Assembly: GCF_964355755.1 (NCBI RefSeq)
Contig: NC_092680.1
Span: 8,866,001-8,930,000 of the forward strand
Reading direction: 5' to 3'
DNA length: 64,000 nucleotides
DNA from: Antedon mediterranea
Lineage: Eukaryota > Animalia > Echinodermata
Shown here: one piece after another, positions 1 through 15,099 of the stretch
Layout of the letters: every line of letters starts with the position of its first letter
How positions within the stretch are numbered: position 1 is the stretch's first letter
Position numbers and translations under genes: made by a program
The notes under the pieces: generated by a model
Seen by the model: only the letters and a program-made list of their open reading frames with translations
What the model was told of the DNA's origin: nothing
The model's database searches: none

Positions 1-1121
1 ACCATTAGCTTTTCTATGTTCAGAATTTTCACATTCTATTTAAGGTTTTAGCATACATCTATTAAACTGCTACTAAACTACTGGCTGACAGACAGCGAAT
101 TGATGCGAACTCTCACAACAGACCGTGGTTGTGTTGTAGTTTACTGTCTAGTTCTTATACAAAGTTTATTGTTTAGACAAATTTTAAAAAAAAACAAGGT
201 GGAGAATTTAATGATTTATATCCTTGTGATAACAATTTAATATTTTCGGGCAATAAATAGTATAATACATTCAGAAAAGACTATTTTTATCAACATTAAT
301 ACCACAAATGGTGTTGTTTGCTAAAGGTTAGGGGATAATGTCAAATCAAACGCCTTCTTTTTCACAGAACTTCTTTTCAAATAATAATATCATTGTGTTA
401 GTCAGAAAACATCATATTCAGCAATATTCAAACCACAAAAGGTGAATTAGTTATGTTTAAGGGATGAAATGAATATGAATGAGCCTCATTGTGCACGCCT
501 TCTTTTTCTCAGAAAGTCTGTTCAGATATATAGTCAATGACGTTATTCTCGTTGTGTTTGGATAAAGTTATTTGTTAAGCATACTGTCTATGCTATTCTA
601 CATTCAGTAGCAACAAATAATATACAACATAAATACTGCATCATTACTAAGAATATAATCAATTTGATACAAATATTGTAGATCAACAACTATCGTCACA
701 AATTAAATAGCCTCTTCACAAAACGCAAGTTACTAGAAACAATAGGCCTGCTGTATAAAGCACTAAAATTATCCTGTCTGGAATTTCTTGAAAAAAAAAA
801 ATCCTCATAATTAAACTGTCATGTTCAATTTGAGAGTGCATCTAAAAACAAGAGAGAAATACATATTACATTAGACTATACCACTCCAGAGTTCTTTTGA
901 CACAGAAAGCAATTTTGCCTGAAGAAGCAAAACTATTTCTGTTAACCACTTTACAATAGTGGTAGAATTGCAGTAATTTTACTGTTTCCTGTGTGTGAAA
1001 GAGGTGGTATTTGTCGACCAAATGTTCTAACTTTGACCTTTGTTTTTTCTATACTATTCAGACATTGTAGAGTGTTTCCCTCTCTCACAGATCATGCTTA
1101 TTAAATACCACAACAGTAAAT

Positions 1122-1933
1122 TATGGAACGCCGTTTACGCAACATGTTGATGATATGAATTTTATGACGCGATATGTGAATGAAATGCATCGATATGAAT
1201 TGAATGGCGCGATATATGAATGAAATGTTTTGAATTGAATGCTTTGAATTGAATGTTATGAATGAAATGTTTTGAATGAAATGTTTTGAATGAAATGTTT
1301 TGAATTGAATGTTTTGAATAAAATGTTTTGAATGAAATGTTTTGAACGAAATGTTTTGAATGAAATGTTTTGAATGAAATGTTTTGAATGAAATGTTTGA
1401 ATTGAATTGAAAAGTCAAACTATTGGCGGCGTATGTCATTCCCGCTCGCGATTTTGTTTTAACCTCTTAGGCCTAAGCCTGGGTACCCTCATCTCCTTTC
1501 CACGCTGTCATCAATATGGATCCTTTACAGAGAATCCTAACAGACCTGAAACATTGGAATACATATTTCCGAACCCCGGTCTGTTAGGATTCTCTGTAAA
1601 GGCAGCGTGGAAAGGAGATGAGGGTACCCACGCTTAGGCCTAAGAGGTTGAGAAAAAAATCGCGAGCGAGAATGACATACGCCACCAATAGTTTGACTTT
1701 TCAATTCAATTCAAACATTTCATTCAAAACATTTCATTCAAAACATTTCATTCAAAACATTTCATTCAAAACATTTCATTCAAAACATTTCATTCAAAAC
1801 ATTCAATTCAAAGCATTCAATTCAAAACATTTCATTCATATATCGCGCCATTCAATTCAAATCGATGCATTTCATTCACATATCGCGTCATAAAATTCAT
1901 ATCATTGAAATGTTGCGTAAACGGCGTTCCATA
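1122..1933. mobile_element. Foldback-type non-autonomous element, nearly fully palindromic (~810 bp), copy 1
   Basis: Termini TATGGAACGCCGTTTACGCAACAT / ATGTTGCGTAAACGGCGTTCCATA. The arms carry 14-bp GAATGAAATGTTTT tandem units and the centre is a further inverted module. GTAAAT occurs on both flanks (possible target-site duplication). Confidence 0.85.
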
Positions 1934-4900
1934 GTAAATAGCAATACTAGGAAAAAGAGGTGGTTTGACAAAATAACAATTGTTACCACAGTGGACCGCA
2001 ACCACAACAAATTGATATAGTTTTTTGCTGTGCTGCCAAGTAAATACCATATTTTTTTAATACCATATAAGGTATATTTTTGCCAGCGAAAACGGCGCAC
2101 ATAACAAATATACCATATTTTGTATACCATATTTTTATTATTTTTTTTATAAATTTATACCATATTTTGGGTATCTGTTTCTGCTGCCAATAAAAAACAC
2201 CATATATTTTTTATTTTCTGTAAGCATTTTACACATGGATGGATAATCTATAGTTAACGAAAGTAAGGAACAACATCACAACGTTTGCAAATAATCTTTT
2301 GGGGAAAAAATATGTCAGGAAAATTAAAAATCAGCAAACAGGACACATCCAGATTTAGAAAGATAATTTAGCAAAAATTAAAGGAGAGTATGGCTCGGGT
2401 GTCGTTTGAAACATGTAAAAAACAGAGACTGTGAAAGCAGAGGCTACAACATCGTCAAAGATAACAAATTCTAATTTGGGCAAGGAAGGAATAACTTAAC
2501 TCCATTTTGGGGGATCGAAAGGCAGTTTTGGTAAAAAAGATGATTCTAGCAGAAACAGGGTACAGTACTAAAAAATACGGTATAAAATATACCGTATTTT
2601 ATACAGTATTTTATAGCGTATTTTAATGATATGCAGCAGAAATAGGCCCTTAGTGACATATTTAATTCATTATACTCTAAATCTAATATAGTTTTTAATA
2701 GGAGTAGGCCTACAGGTAAAGCATTCCTTTTTTTAATTTAGTCGATTTGGTGCCACTTTGAATTTTCTATGCTACGAGGTACAGATGATTATCTAAAAAT
2801 AGCCATAACTTGAATTGAACTGTCACTCAGGACAAAATTAGGTCATCTGAACCAACGCAACTTATACACATTGGCATAGAGTATAATATACCAAACACTA
2901 GGATAATTAATTTTGTAAAAAATCGGTTAATTGACTGATTAATTACATCCAATATGGTGTACCTATTTTTATCAGTAAACATTCCTAGGAATAGTTACTC
3001 ATCAATAAGAAAATGATGAGTGTCCTTACATGGTACGCACTACTACAAGACTTCTTATGATCAGTGAAAGACAAGTTCACAATCAACATTGTTTTAAAGG
3101 TTATGTCAATAAATCAAATGAAATTGCGGAGTGGCTATAGTCTTTACAGTCAATGTTTAGAAATTCTACGAATCAACTTGGGAAATCCACAAATTTTTGC
3201 AGGCTCTTTTCTCAGAGTTTAGTACAGCTTGCTTTAATCAGTTTAACTTCCCTGCACATATCTTATATACTAATACTATACAACTCTGAGACTAATCAGA
3301 TCGGTTTAGTTAGTTCGGAGGTGGTTAACTAAATTACACTGGGCATTGTAACTATGATATAATTCAAGTCAGTTTGAATCATTCAATGCCGGGTTCAATG
3401 CACACTCTTGTAACTCAGATGGAATGTATGTAAGGCTTTTGTAAGTTGTAAGACTCACACAGAGTAGCAAGTGGCGTTAACAATGCTACTGGCGTAGGCG
3501 TACGATATGCCACCTTACGTGAGAACACAGCCTTTTAAATTAGTGGTTAGATTTATAGACTTGTTTTTCTGATGTGTAGCCTACCATACAGTATTTTACA
3601 AAATCTAACCTCAATTCTAAATGGATAGTAAAACTTCAATTTACTATAAAAGAAAACAAAATTAACATTTTTTATTGGACAATTCCATGAACAATTTCAT
3701 AAAATGCTAATAATAGGAAATATATTACTACACAGACCTTTGTAATAGAATATAAACAGAACTAGACAATGTTATTCGTGCTTATTTTTAGCATCTGCAT
3801 GCTTTTGCTCGGTTTCAGTTTTACTTTCAGGTATTTAATGAGCTCAGACGGACGACGGAATTTGAAGTTTTAGAATAGTGTGTGTAATTTTCTTTTATTT
3901 GAAAAACCCTATTTCATCTAAATTACATGTTAATGTTGATTTTTATAAAAGGAGAATGTAAATTTACTTCTTCATTAAAATAAATTTCTAAATTCAGTCT
4001 GTAAACATAAATATTTCTTAAGAAAAATGTGTAGGAGTTTATTGTATATTGAAATATCACTATGTTGTCCCTGAGTGGAATAGTGAAAATACGTTGATTA
4101 GGCTGGAACTATTTGCTGCCAACTAATTCTAATTCTAATTCTTTCTCCTTTATTGCATCCAGTAAACAGTGATGAAGTTGACATAAATATTAAAAAAACT
4201 TTATCAAAGAAAAAAAACAACAAAAAAACATAGTATAACACAGTCCAAACAAGTAATACTAAAATATATCATAGTCCACAAATCAGTCTTTCAATGGCCA
4301 TCATAGTACATCCAGTAACACAAACCAAAAGGGGTTAACAATTTGCTTGTCATAACTCAGTTTCTGATCATTCACCAAACTATGCATTCATTTTCCAAAA
4401 CTCACTCATTACATGGTGCTGTAGGCTGTTCGGTGCTGGGTCCTGCCTTGCCATCACATGATAAATATAAAATGTAGGTCTTAGATCTACAGAAAGAATT
4501 ATTTCACACAATAAATATTCTAAAATAATGTTTTATATTATAAACGTAAACATCTATAATTTCATCATGGGTTTGAGCGCAAGGGCAAATGTAAATACGT
4601 TTTCGGTATGATGAAACTTAATATAACTTAACTTGTGCCAAACTCGTTAGTTGCTTCAGGATATGGTGCAACACAAATGTCAACTTGTGCGAGATAATCT
4701 CAAACAGCATGTGTTTGGATTATACGTGACTCAACAGTAATGGTCATCTGATGTGCACAAATTCCCTGATCTTCTTACATCACTCTGCTATTAAGCATTC
4801 TATTTCCTATCGGGATGTGAATTAGTAAACAAACTTAAAAGTAAAAACTTAAACGCTAAAGTACTGTAGCAGTAGAGAATCAATGGTGTTAAAGCAAGAA

Positions 4901-7531
4901 AATTACCACTGATTTAATACTTTTTATGCTTTTTATTCATTTTTTGATAAGCTTTATTCGATTGCGATACAGTATAGTAGCCTGTAGCTTAAAATTTCTG
5001 TGATGTCTCTAGACAACCCAGTCACTAATCATTCCTTTTAATGCTGTCCTGCCGATTTTCGTGGGGCTTCTCTAAAAAAATGTTCCAGGTGGATTACAGT
5101 ATATAAATTCTATGCAAATCATACTACATGCGCAAACATTTAAATTATCTGTTGGTGTCAGCTTTTATGAGGATGTTCTGGTTGTCTGGTGTTAGCAGCA
5201 TGTTCAGAGTGCTTAAAGAAACAAGACCTACGTTTTTTTTAAATTTAAGGTCACACACTAAATTTTATGTAAAAATAAACAATATATAGACCTATTGCGA
5301 TATTTTTTTTTCGTCTTTAAATGTTAAAGATAAGTTGATTCTAATAATTTTAGCAGTCCCCTATAAATCCCAACATGCATTGCGCAAATATTTTATTTTC
5401 ATATTGTAACGTAATGTAACACTTTGATCTCGTGAAAGGGTAGACAAATAAAAGATCGTAACTTTTCAGCGAAAATACCAGGTCTTCCCCAATTTGTATT
5501 TATTACAGATTCTGCCAAAAAAGGAAAGACAATTAATTCAACAATAAGACAACGTCAGGCTAGGCCTATATAGCTAGCGTATGATGTTTGTATGTTAACG
5601 CTCAGGTCTAGTGTCTTTAACAATTTCGTAATACAGCCTTCTATACTACCCATGAAAAATAAAATCCCACCCCTTAAAGATGATACAAACTGTTCTCTTT
5701 TAAAGTAGACATAAACAGAATGATATATAGGTTGATATATAGGTTGTTAGGCCAAGAAACTCCCTGGTATTCAGATGATGAAATATGAAAGGCCTCCCAC
5801 TAAGCACCAAATATCTTGTAACCAAAGCACAAGTTGTTTGCATCTATTAAATTTCAGACTTTAAAGAGATCCAACACAATAATGACGATGATCTTGTGAC
5901 AAGGAATGTAATCACTAAAACTTTATTTTCTTTATCAAAACATCTATACAACTTATAAGACAAATTTGAAAAACATATTCGTAAAAAATTGAGTAGATAT
6001 TTAAAGAGCAATGATGAAATTGGAAACAAAAGTTTGTGAGTAGTTGTGCCTCGTCTGCCTCATGCTGGCTGGGACCTTATGTTTTGTCATTTGGGAACAA
6101 TGTGTGCATTCATTAAATTCAATTTTGTCAATTCTGACCCAGGTGACTGATGATTAGGTGTTAACCATTATTCAGAGAATTTGCCATTTTCAAATGTGTA
6201 GCAATAGCATATACACTGCCGAAATGGGAGGTAGTTTTATCCAGGTGCTTGTAACCCTTATTTGCTCACAGCAGAAATAAGCCCTGATTCACAAAATGAG
6301 TTTGACATTAAATTTTGTATGATACAGTATTAGTGGGTCAATTAAAAAAAACTTGATCTTGTTCCACGTATGACCTTCATAACATGAACAATAAGTAATG
6401 ATGAAATGTCAAGTTCAGTGACCAGGCCATGGCTGACCAAGCAAGCCCATGGGACAAATGGTCATCATCGTCAAGGACACATTAATAATGGTCAAACAAG
6501 ACAGCCTACAAATCTTAGGAATTCAAAGAATCAATAAAGTAAAGCTGGGTTTTGTTAGCATAGTGATGACAGGGTACTTATTTTCTACTAGAAACTCATT
6601 TAAATTCTTTGATTAATGATTTTAAAGTAGTAGTGGTCTCTGAAGGTTAGTTAACAAAGCATAGTATTTTTCATGGAAAAGGGCATTGCATAATAATAGT
6701 CAACTGTTACATAATAGTGTTACAGAAATAATCTCTCCAGGATTAGGCTGTGTTTATATACAACGTCCTACATTTGAACACATCTTTAATTTTTAGCTTG
6801 TTGCACGGGCCGAGGTCAACCCCACAAAAACCTTGCAGTTATACCGTAGTTCATAATCCTAAGTTGTATATATACTTGCATGCATTATGAATTAACGAGT
6901 TTATTAAGGATTTTAATAAAAAGGAGGATTTCATTTAAAATTTACTATATTGAGTTATTGATTTTTAAATCTGCTTTTGAAATTAGAAAAAAATTGTTTT
7001 AGAATTAGGATAAAACTATGCTCCATTTTGCCAAATTATGCCAACATTTGATTAGCGTTAATGTTAGGTGCTAAATCGGTTAAAATATCCAAAAAAGCAC
7101 AATTATCTACTAGATTTGGTCAACATTTTCACAGCACATACTTTTATTTAACGAGAGGTTAAAACAATACCTATTACCCTGAGGACACTTCCAACATGCC
7201 AACAGCAACCGGGAATCCACAAAATTTTAGGATTCAGCCAAGTAGCCTTTTTTGCAATTAAAATCTCATTACACGGAATCTCTTTGCTATTATACAACAC
7301 AATTTTCGTAGACGTGTTGAATATACGTGTAATTGCGTGTCGTATAAAAGCGCCCTTAGAGTCTACGTGATAATTCATCCAAACGTAAAAAAAACAGAAA
7401 ATTGTAGAAAAACAAAATCACTTAATACTATAGTAAGAACAACAATTTTTCCTTGAAAATAGGCAATTAATTTCAAAATCATTTTTTTTCTGAATAATTT
7501 TATGAATGCATGAGAATACGTATGAGCGAGG

Positions 7532-8607
7532 CAGTGGCGTATCCAGGATTTTGAAGTTGGGGGGGCCGGGATTGCCAATTTGCCGACAAAATTGGTGTCA
7601 TTATCTGTACATACACCTGCTCAATACATGTTCTAGGATTGCATAGTCATATTGTCTTATATGGGATAACGATGCAAAATTAAAACCAAACCAACATTAT
7701 ATGTTAGTATGTTGTATTCATATTACAATAAAGAAAGAATTAGGAAATTCTGATTTGTAGTTTTCGAAATATAGGGTCTAAAACATCACCGAAAATGATC
7801 GTTTTTAGCCACGAAAGAAGTAAAACAATTTACGGCCTCAGTCGACAATTCTATTAACTACAGTACGCCATTTTTTGGTTAAAATAATTACATATAATTA
7901 CGTTTTTTAGTAATTTATTTTATATATCACCATTGGAAATATCAATAAAACATGTTATTAAATGCTTATAAAATATATAAAGTTGTTTACTTAACGGAAT
8001 TCGGGCACTATTCATTGCTCTAACTTTGTGTAGTAGTAACGATCAGAGAGGTTCATAACATGGTACACGCGCGAGAGAAAACATTCCGCTGCGGGTGATT
8101 CGCATCCACCAATCAAATTAGCCAGAATCCAAAATCATTCAACCGTGAGCAATGCCAATCGCGAGAAAGCTCAGCTTTGATTGGCTTACGATGACATCAT
8201 ATCACAAAATGGTGGTTTTGGGGTTGAGCCTCACGGAATATTCTGTTATTTTTTATGGTATGTGTGCTTTTTCTTTAAAAATTTTGAATAATAAAGGCCT
8301 CATATCGAGAAAAAAACGGGTTTTTGGCACTTATAATAAATATATCTTGGACAAAAAAGCACATGGCATGTGGAACTATATAATCTTACTTATTCTTTAC
8401 TCCATGATCTGAAGTGATCATTGATCAATGATATGATATGTAAATAAACAAACACTCAAAAGAATTATGTTTACATACAGTTCAATTATTGTCAGAATAA
8501 TAGGCCTACAGTCGTTTATTTTTTTCCCCGGCACCTTTTTGCCGACGGACGCGATGATGTGCCGACGGGGGGCCCGGGCCCCCCCCCCCTCACTGGATAC
8601 GCCACTG
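7532..8607. mobile_element. Non-autonomous TIR element (hAT-like)
   Basis: Perfect 15-bp TIRs CAGTGGCGTATCCAG / CTGGATACGCCACTG with G/C-run subtermini. GAGCGAGG occurs on both flanks (offset by 3 nt on the right). No transposase ORF. Confidence 0.7.
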
Positions 8608-8627
8608 GTGGAGCGAGGCATACAAAA

Positions 8628-8836
8628 TCAGCCCTCATGTGTGAGGCTCACGCATTATGTCAGCCCTCATGTGTGAGGTTCACGCATTATGTCAGCCCTC
8701 AGGTGTGAGGCTCACGCATTATGCGCGAGAATGTATTTGGCAGCGGTTGTCTAGAAAATTCAGACCTCAGATATCTGAGTTTTCTAGATCTAGAAAACTC
8801 AGATATCTGAGTTTTCTAGATCTATGTTTTCTAGAC
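8628..8836. repeat. Three ~33-bp tandem units followed by short palindromic TCTAGA/CTCAGATATCTGAG repeats
   Basis: CAGCCCTCATGTGTGAGGCTCACGCATTATGT three times, then TCTAGAAAACTCAGATATCTGAGTTTTCTAGA palindromes. Confidence 0.7.
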
Positions 8837-10087
8837 ACCCATTTGGCCGGCAGCAGGTATATACTCAAAAACTAACTTAGGTTATTTCAATTATTTATTA
8901 AATGAATTATAAGATTTAATTATAATTACTGTAATCCAAATAAATTGTATGAATCCTAGCAAAATATTACTTTAAACCAAAAAAATTGTTCAGGTAATCC
9001 CTATAAGTAAATAAAATTGGTGTTCAATCAAGTCCTAAGGGGATTTTAAAAGAAGATTATATGAACATTCTTGGCATTTTCTAAGCCTTCAAGCATTACA
9101 AAGTGAATGACCTTTTGGTGAAAGAGGAGTGCCAAGGGAAGGATTCAATTTTCACATTCTTTCCTCATGAAGGAGTGCTGATAATAAAACATTACTGTAC
9201 ACCAGTTCAGTAATTTCAACTTACAAACTGATAAAAGTGTATAAATGAAATATAAAAAAAAAAGTAATTTCTAGAAGAAACAATTAAGAATGGTAATACA
9301 ACAGGAATTACTTAATATATAAATGGTATTTTTAAACATAGTAGTAGAGGTGGGTCTAGCTCAAAACAACTTTAAAACCTCAATTAATTCTGGTCTTGAC
9401 TGCCCAAACCATCTTGAAAAAAATAAAACATTATTAATTATGGTGATCAGAATGTCAAATAGCTATTTTGGTTGGTCTCTAATTAGAGTCATGCGAGTCC
9501 CAGCGGAAGTTGGAATAGTTACTTGCGAGGTAAGACTTTAAGCTGTTCCACTTATTAACCAACTAAGCACTAAGCAGTGGGTTTGTTAAATCAGGGAAGA
9601 GTTAAATACTCTTCCCTGGTTAAATTGACTGAAACAAAAATTGCCTTTTCAGGACAACACACAATGACAGCCAGGCATGGAGATTGTTGACAAAATGGTC
9701 ACGGTTTGACCAGAGTTTTGTCTGTAAACTTTCAGCTAACATCAAGTAAACGGCATGTGTGTCAAAATCATTCTATTTTGACCAATATTAATTAAGTGAA
9801 TCGCTGTCTGGAACATAGACTTATAACAATCACTGGTACCAGCTGGCTCTCTTATAGAATTTGCTGATAATAAATAATAGTTTACTTTTGCACCATTGTT
9901 TTCTGGAAGTTCTGCTTTTTTTAGGATGTGCGGAAATACACAACAGCAAGTAAAAACAGTGTCCAGGAAGGAAAGAAATAATCTTATCTACAATGACATT
10001 TGGTACTAGATTAGGGACAATTAGCTGGACTGGTTTCAAATACCGATAAGTAGAATTGTGAAGATAATTTCCATATGGAACACACAG

Positions 10088-10698
10088 TATGGAACGCCAT
10101 TTACGCAACAATTTGATGATATGAATTTTATGACGCGATATGTGAATGAAATGCAAAGATATTAATTGAATGGCGCGATATATGAATGAGCTTAAGCCTG
10201 GGTACCCTCATCTCCTTTCCACGCATGTCATCAACATGGATCCTTTACACAGAATCCTAACAGACCTGAAACAGTTGAATGCATATTTCCAAAGCCAGGT
10301 CTGTTAGGATTCTCTGTGAAGGCAGCGTGGAAAGGAGATGAGGCCCAGAGGGTACCCAGGCTTAAGAGGTTGAGAAACAAATTGTGAGCTGGAATGACAT
10401 ACGCCGCCAATAGTTTGACTTTTCAATTCAATTCAAACATTTCATTCAAAACATTTCGTTCTTCAAAACATTTCGTTCAAAACATTTCATTCAAAAAATT
10501 TCATTCAAAACCTTTCATTCAAGACATTCAATTCAAAACATTTCATTCAAAACATTTTATTCAAAACATTTCATTCAAAATATTCAATTCAAAGCATTCA
10601 ATTCAAAACATTTCATTCATATATTGCGCCATTCAATTCATATGGATGCATTTCATTCACATAACCCGTCATAAAATTCATATCATCGAAATTCCATA
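10088..10698. mobile_element. Foldback element copy 2 (left-arm satellite deleted)
   Basis: Same left terminus, central CTTAAGCCTGGGTACCC...GGGTACCCAGGCTTAAG module and right arm as 1122..1933. CACAG is repeated on both flanks. Confidence 0.8.
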
Positions 10699-13600
10699 CA
10701 CAGTGTTTCATCCAAAAATGATCCAAGGATAGCTCAATATTAGTATTATTTGACTGATCCATGTAGGTAATGTACAAAATAATAATACCTCCCTAATCCG
10801 TAATTCCTACCCTGCAACTGGTCATGATTCATATTGCTTTTCATGGTTTAATTTTAGTAATGAAGCTGATGTATATGATGCTCAGAATTATACATTTAAA
10901 TCGTGGCGATCAGTGGTGTAATACAGAGTGCAAAGGCCCTTCTCCTACAGTAAGGGGCCCTCCAATGCTGGGTAGACGTTGCATTGGGACAGCTCATGCC
11001 CTTGGGCCCCTTAAGCTCTGGGCCCTGATTGTTCTTAGCTTGATTATCCAAAAATTAAAAAAAGTTAAGTTGAATATGTTCCAAAAGTATTGTCCAATAA
11101 CAGAGCAATAATATCATGGTCGGGATCATGGTTTGACAATAAGGACATGTATGTACAACAACTTGAGTGAAAATATGTTCCAACAGGATCCAGGCTCCAG
11201 GATTTTGAAATAGTGGGGGCCTAAAAATAGTGAAATGAAGCCTGGGCTGAGCTTAATTTGATGTTCTAACTTTTGCATTACAATTTGCAAAACTTGTTTT
11301 GAGAATGTTTATAGAAATATTTATTATCTTTTATTGATTAGTATTTCAATTGATTACTTTTTACTTTCTTGCCATTAAAAAAAGCTGCTGCTCTTGTAAC
11401 AAGTTACAGTGACTGTATAATAATAAAGTGTCAAAACCTATAACTTTAGGGCCTCTGTAATACTATTACTGTACAGTGTTCCTACCAGTATTTAATCACT
11501 GTTTATGATTTAATTAACAATTAAAAGGAATAATGTTTTAAATAATAATAGTTAATACTGTAACACAAATAACTCTGACATATTACTGACGTTTACCTAA
11601 ATAATACCAAGTAAACGGTACAAATAGATGCTGGTACTGAAAAAATGAAATCTGTTCATCTCAACATAATAAAACTTAATAATTCACAAAATTGATTATG
11701 ACTCAAAATTTCTAGATGGGTTATATTGTGAATTGACAATTGCGAAACAAACAATTATCAATAATTGGACTTGGTGAACATGGCAACGCAAACATAAATA
11801 CAAACAGAGATGAAAACATTTAGGCCTCATGAGTGTTGTGAGAATATTTGACTAACCCCCATGCTAGACACCAAGATCAATAACCTTTTGTTAGTGCATT
11901 CCAAGCGTCCTCTCAACCATTAACAATTGATTTTCTCTTAAAAGTTTCAACACATAGACAAGGACTTATTGGACTAAACAATAACACTATACAACGTTTT
12001 GGGACTTGTTGCGTTTAAAAGTAGCTTCATTTAAGAGAGTAACCAAGGTTTCGTCAACACAGTCTGCGACATTTGGTTTTTTCGTCCAATGGCAATTGAA
12101 GCTATCTTATGTATTAACACTGTTGTCAAGTTTAAAAAAATCTATACTTGCAGAAATTAATTGTTAATGATCATCCAGTTTTATGGACGTGGTGTTGGCA
12201 AACTGGAGAAAAACATTGGGAAATTTTAAAAAGCCAGAAACCTCAAACTTCACATGTTACGAGCCTAATTTGTTATCACATTTTTTTTAAATCACACCAA
12301 CCGTAACCTATAATTATCATTAACCTTTGTTGTTAACAAACAATAAACCTTTCCTGATTATTGTATGAGTCGGAACCATATGGGTGTGGTGTACCTTCAT
12401 ACTTCAACCCTATATTATATTAACAATACCCTTTTCACCAAGTGCCTTTTTAACAACTGCCTTAATTTTTTGTTTCCAGGGCAAGTCAACTTTCTCAATA
12501 CCGCCCCTGGGCTGGCATACAATAATATGTCTGGTTTTCTGGAAAGTCTAGAATAAGGAACGGGTTTTTTAATTTTAATAACAAAAAAGAATAAAAGAGA
12601 ATAGTTTTGATTTTGGACCTCAAGAAAAGTCTAGTTTTCTTATTTTTTTCCCTGGAAGTTTTCTGGTTTTCACAGAGGTCCGAGTATTGAAGGGTTGACG
12701 TATAATCATCATGAAAGGATTATGTACAGAAACGCCTACCAAAATTATCTTATCATATTGCTCAGCTTTTATTGAATCAGATTGAACTAAACTTTGAACA
12801 AAACCTGTTGTACAATGTACAACCATAGAGATAGTAAAATATAACATCTCTATGGGGTACATCTACAGTACAACAGATAAAAGTAGACAAATAGTTACTT
12901 ATATATTTGATCAATTTGCATGTGACAATACTTTAAAGCAGTTAAAATGATTTTTTATCAAAAATATTTTGTTGCAGTCTACAACAGCAGTAGTAGATCA
13001 AATTTCTATTTGAGCAGGAAAATACATTTTTAAAATTCTTCTTTTTGGAAATGGGTCCACACAAAAAAAAACAATCAATCTTAAAAATGGTATGAAGACC
13101 CAAATTGATAACTTTTTCTAATGAATTTTCATTTGATTGAGAGGTACAATTTGGTGAATCCATGGTAACAATTCAACTAATGTATCACCATATTATTAGT
13201 CAGCATAATATCAATTATCATAAACCAAAATCACAAAAACCCTCATTATTATCACAGATTACTAATCATTAATTAATATTTATAGTTACATTTCCTTTTA
13301 TGGTGACCTATTATTTAAATGACATAAGGGTGTATCTAATAAGACATAACAATGTAACCTATTGTTATATTTTAGGCAGGGAAAACAAGCCCTCCAAAAA
13401 CTCTCCTCCCAACCCCAATATAATAATAGATCATGGTTGGCCTATTTCCAGCCAGTAAATAATATTGTCCCTACAAATTAATTTTGAGATAATCCGGCCT
13501 TGGTATATCTCCTAGAATTTGTGTCTATGGTACCTTTCAAGACCTTAACAATTAATTATCTATATAAATTAAGATAATTCTCTTTTTGTTTTCCACTTGT

Positions 13601-13729
13601 TCATTTCACTTTTTGGTAAATCAGTTATGTGGATTTTGTTTATAACTCTTCTTGTTTATTTTTGTTACTTATTTGTTTCTTTTTTCTTTACAAATGAAAT
13701 CTTATATACTGCACTGTATTAAACTTTGC

Positions 13730-14075
13730 AACAGATATAAAAAAAGTCTTGTTTTCATAATACGCGGCATCTTTATACTTAAATGGTTTGAGAAAGTTTC
13801 TGATTCTACTTCGGATAAGTTTCACTCATTATAATAATTTCTTCCATCATTAATCCGACTTCAATCCCATCGTGTGCGAACAACCTGTTATTCCAAATCA
13901 TTTATCCCAAGTCAATTACAGTTTTCAACAACACCGTTACTAGATAATTGATTGTGTATAACGTTTATGTGTAATTTTGTATAGTGTGTATAATGTTCTT
14001 ATCATATATTTATTTGTTTCTTAAAATAGTGTACAAAAAACGAATTTCCGATTGTTTTATTGGACCAAATAAATG
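13730..14075 (+). mobile_element. Decayed LINE 3' end
   Basis: Broken frame reading ..KFHSL..RVRTTCYSKSFIP, resembling the RTxRxxxSFxP motif at the C-terminus of CR1/L2-type ORF2, followed by a T-rich tract and AATAAA. Confidence 0.35.
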
Positions 14076-15099
14076 CTGTGAGAGCAGAGCATTATTATTT
14101 ACAGTAAGGAAATCAGCAGAAATTATAGTTATCGAGGACAAAAAAAAAAAATGAAATTACCTTTTAGTATTTTCTTGTCCAAGCAAATTCTTTAGGTACA
14201 TTATGGATGTATATGTATATACTGTACATAGATAAAGAAGGCCAGTGTGCGTCAAAATATGGCTAAAAATACAAAAAAACAAATATACTGTAGTATATAA
14301 CATAAGATTATTATCAAGACCTCAAGAGGTATGAGTCATGACTGTGTACATTTACATGGAGTCTGGGTACAGAGGGCCTTTAGGGTGGTGGTGGTGGGTG
14401 GGAGGATTATACATATTCATTAACAACATTTCAATTAATTATGTCCACATAATATAGTGTCGAGTAGGCCAATATGATATGCAAAAAATAATATTATTAA
14501 TAGTTATAATACAGTATTTTAAAGCATGTTAGAAAAAAACCCAAATATCCAAACTAAATTCTTCTTTATTATTCATACTTGTTTGATCAATATTAATTTT
14601 GATACTTTGTATAGGCTACGCCTACTATATGCTATAAAAATTACACTTTTAAAACAAGTCTTTTTTTTATACATTCATCGCCTTTTTGATGGGAAAAGCT
14701 GGGTGTAGCACAATACATTAAGATCAATAGGAGAGGAGAGCAATGGTCAAAAGTAATATTCTAGACTAGGCTAGCTAAGGCTCTAGCTAGAGCAGAGAAT
14801 GATTAACTTAGTAGGCCCTAGTACTTAGTAGTCAGCTCTGTAGAGGCCGAGGGTAGGCTAGCTCTCACTTTTTGTCTCTCCAGCCTACTCCTCCTCTATC
14901 TAGTAGCCTAGGCTAGATTGAATAGAAAATCCGGTATATAATAAAATATAAGAAGAAAAACAATGTATATTTCTTCCTAAATATCAGCTTTTTGTGATGA
15001 CTTAGGCTAAGAAGGCCAGGCCCTGCTAGTGCTGTCAGTGAGTGTCTTATTTTCTTTACAAACTACAGTATCGACTTGAGACTCATCGGCACATTGTTG

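Noticed and set aside
1101-1893. ORFs with repeated FKTFHSKHFIQNI peptides (also 10394..10732)
   Set aside because: They are translations of the 14-bp satellite in the foldback arms, mirrored on both strands, not genes.
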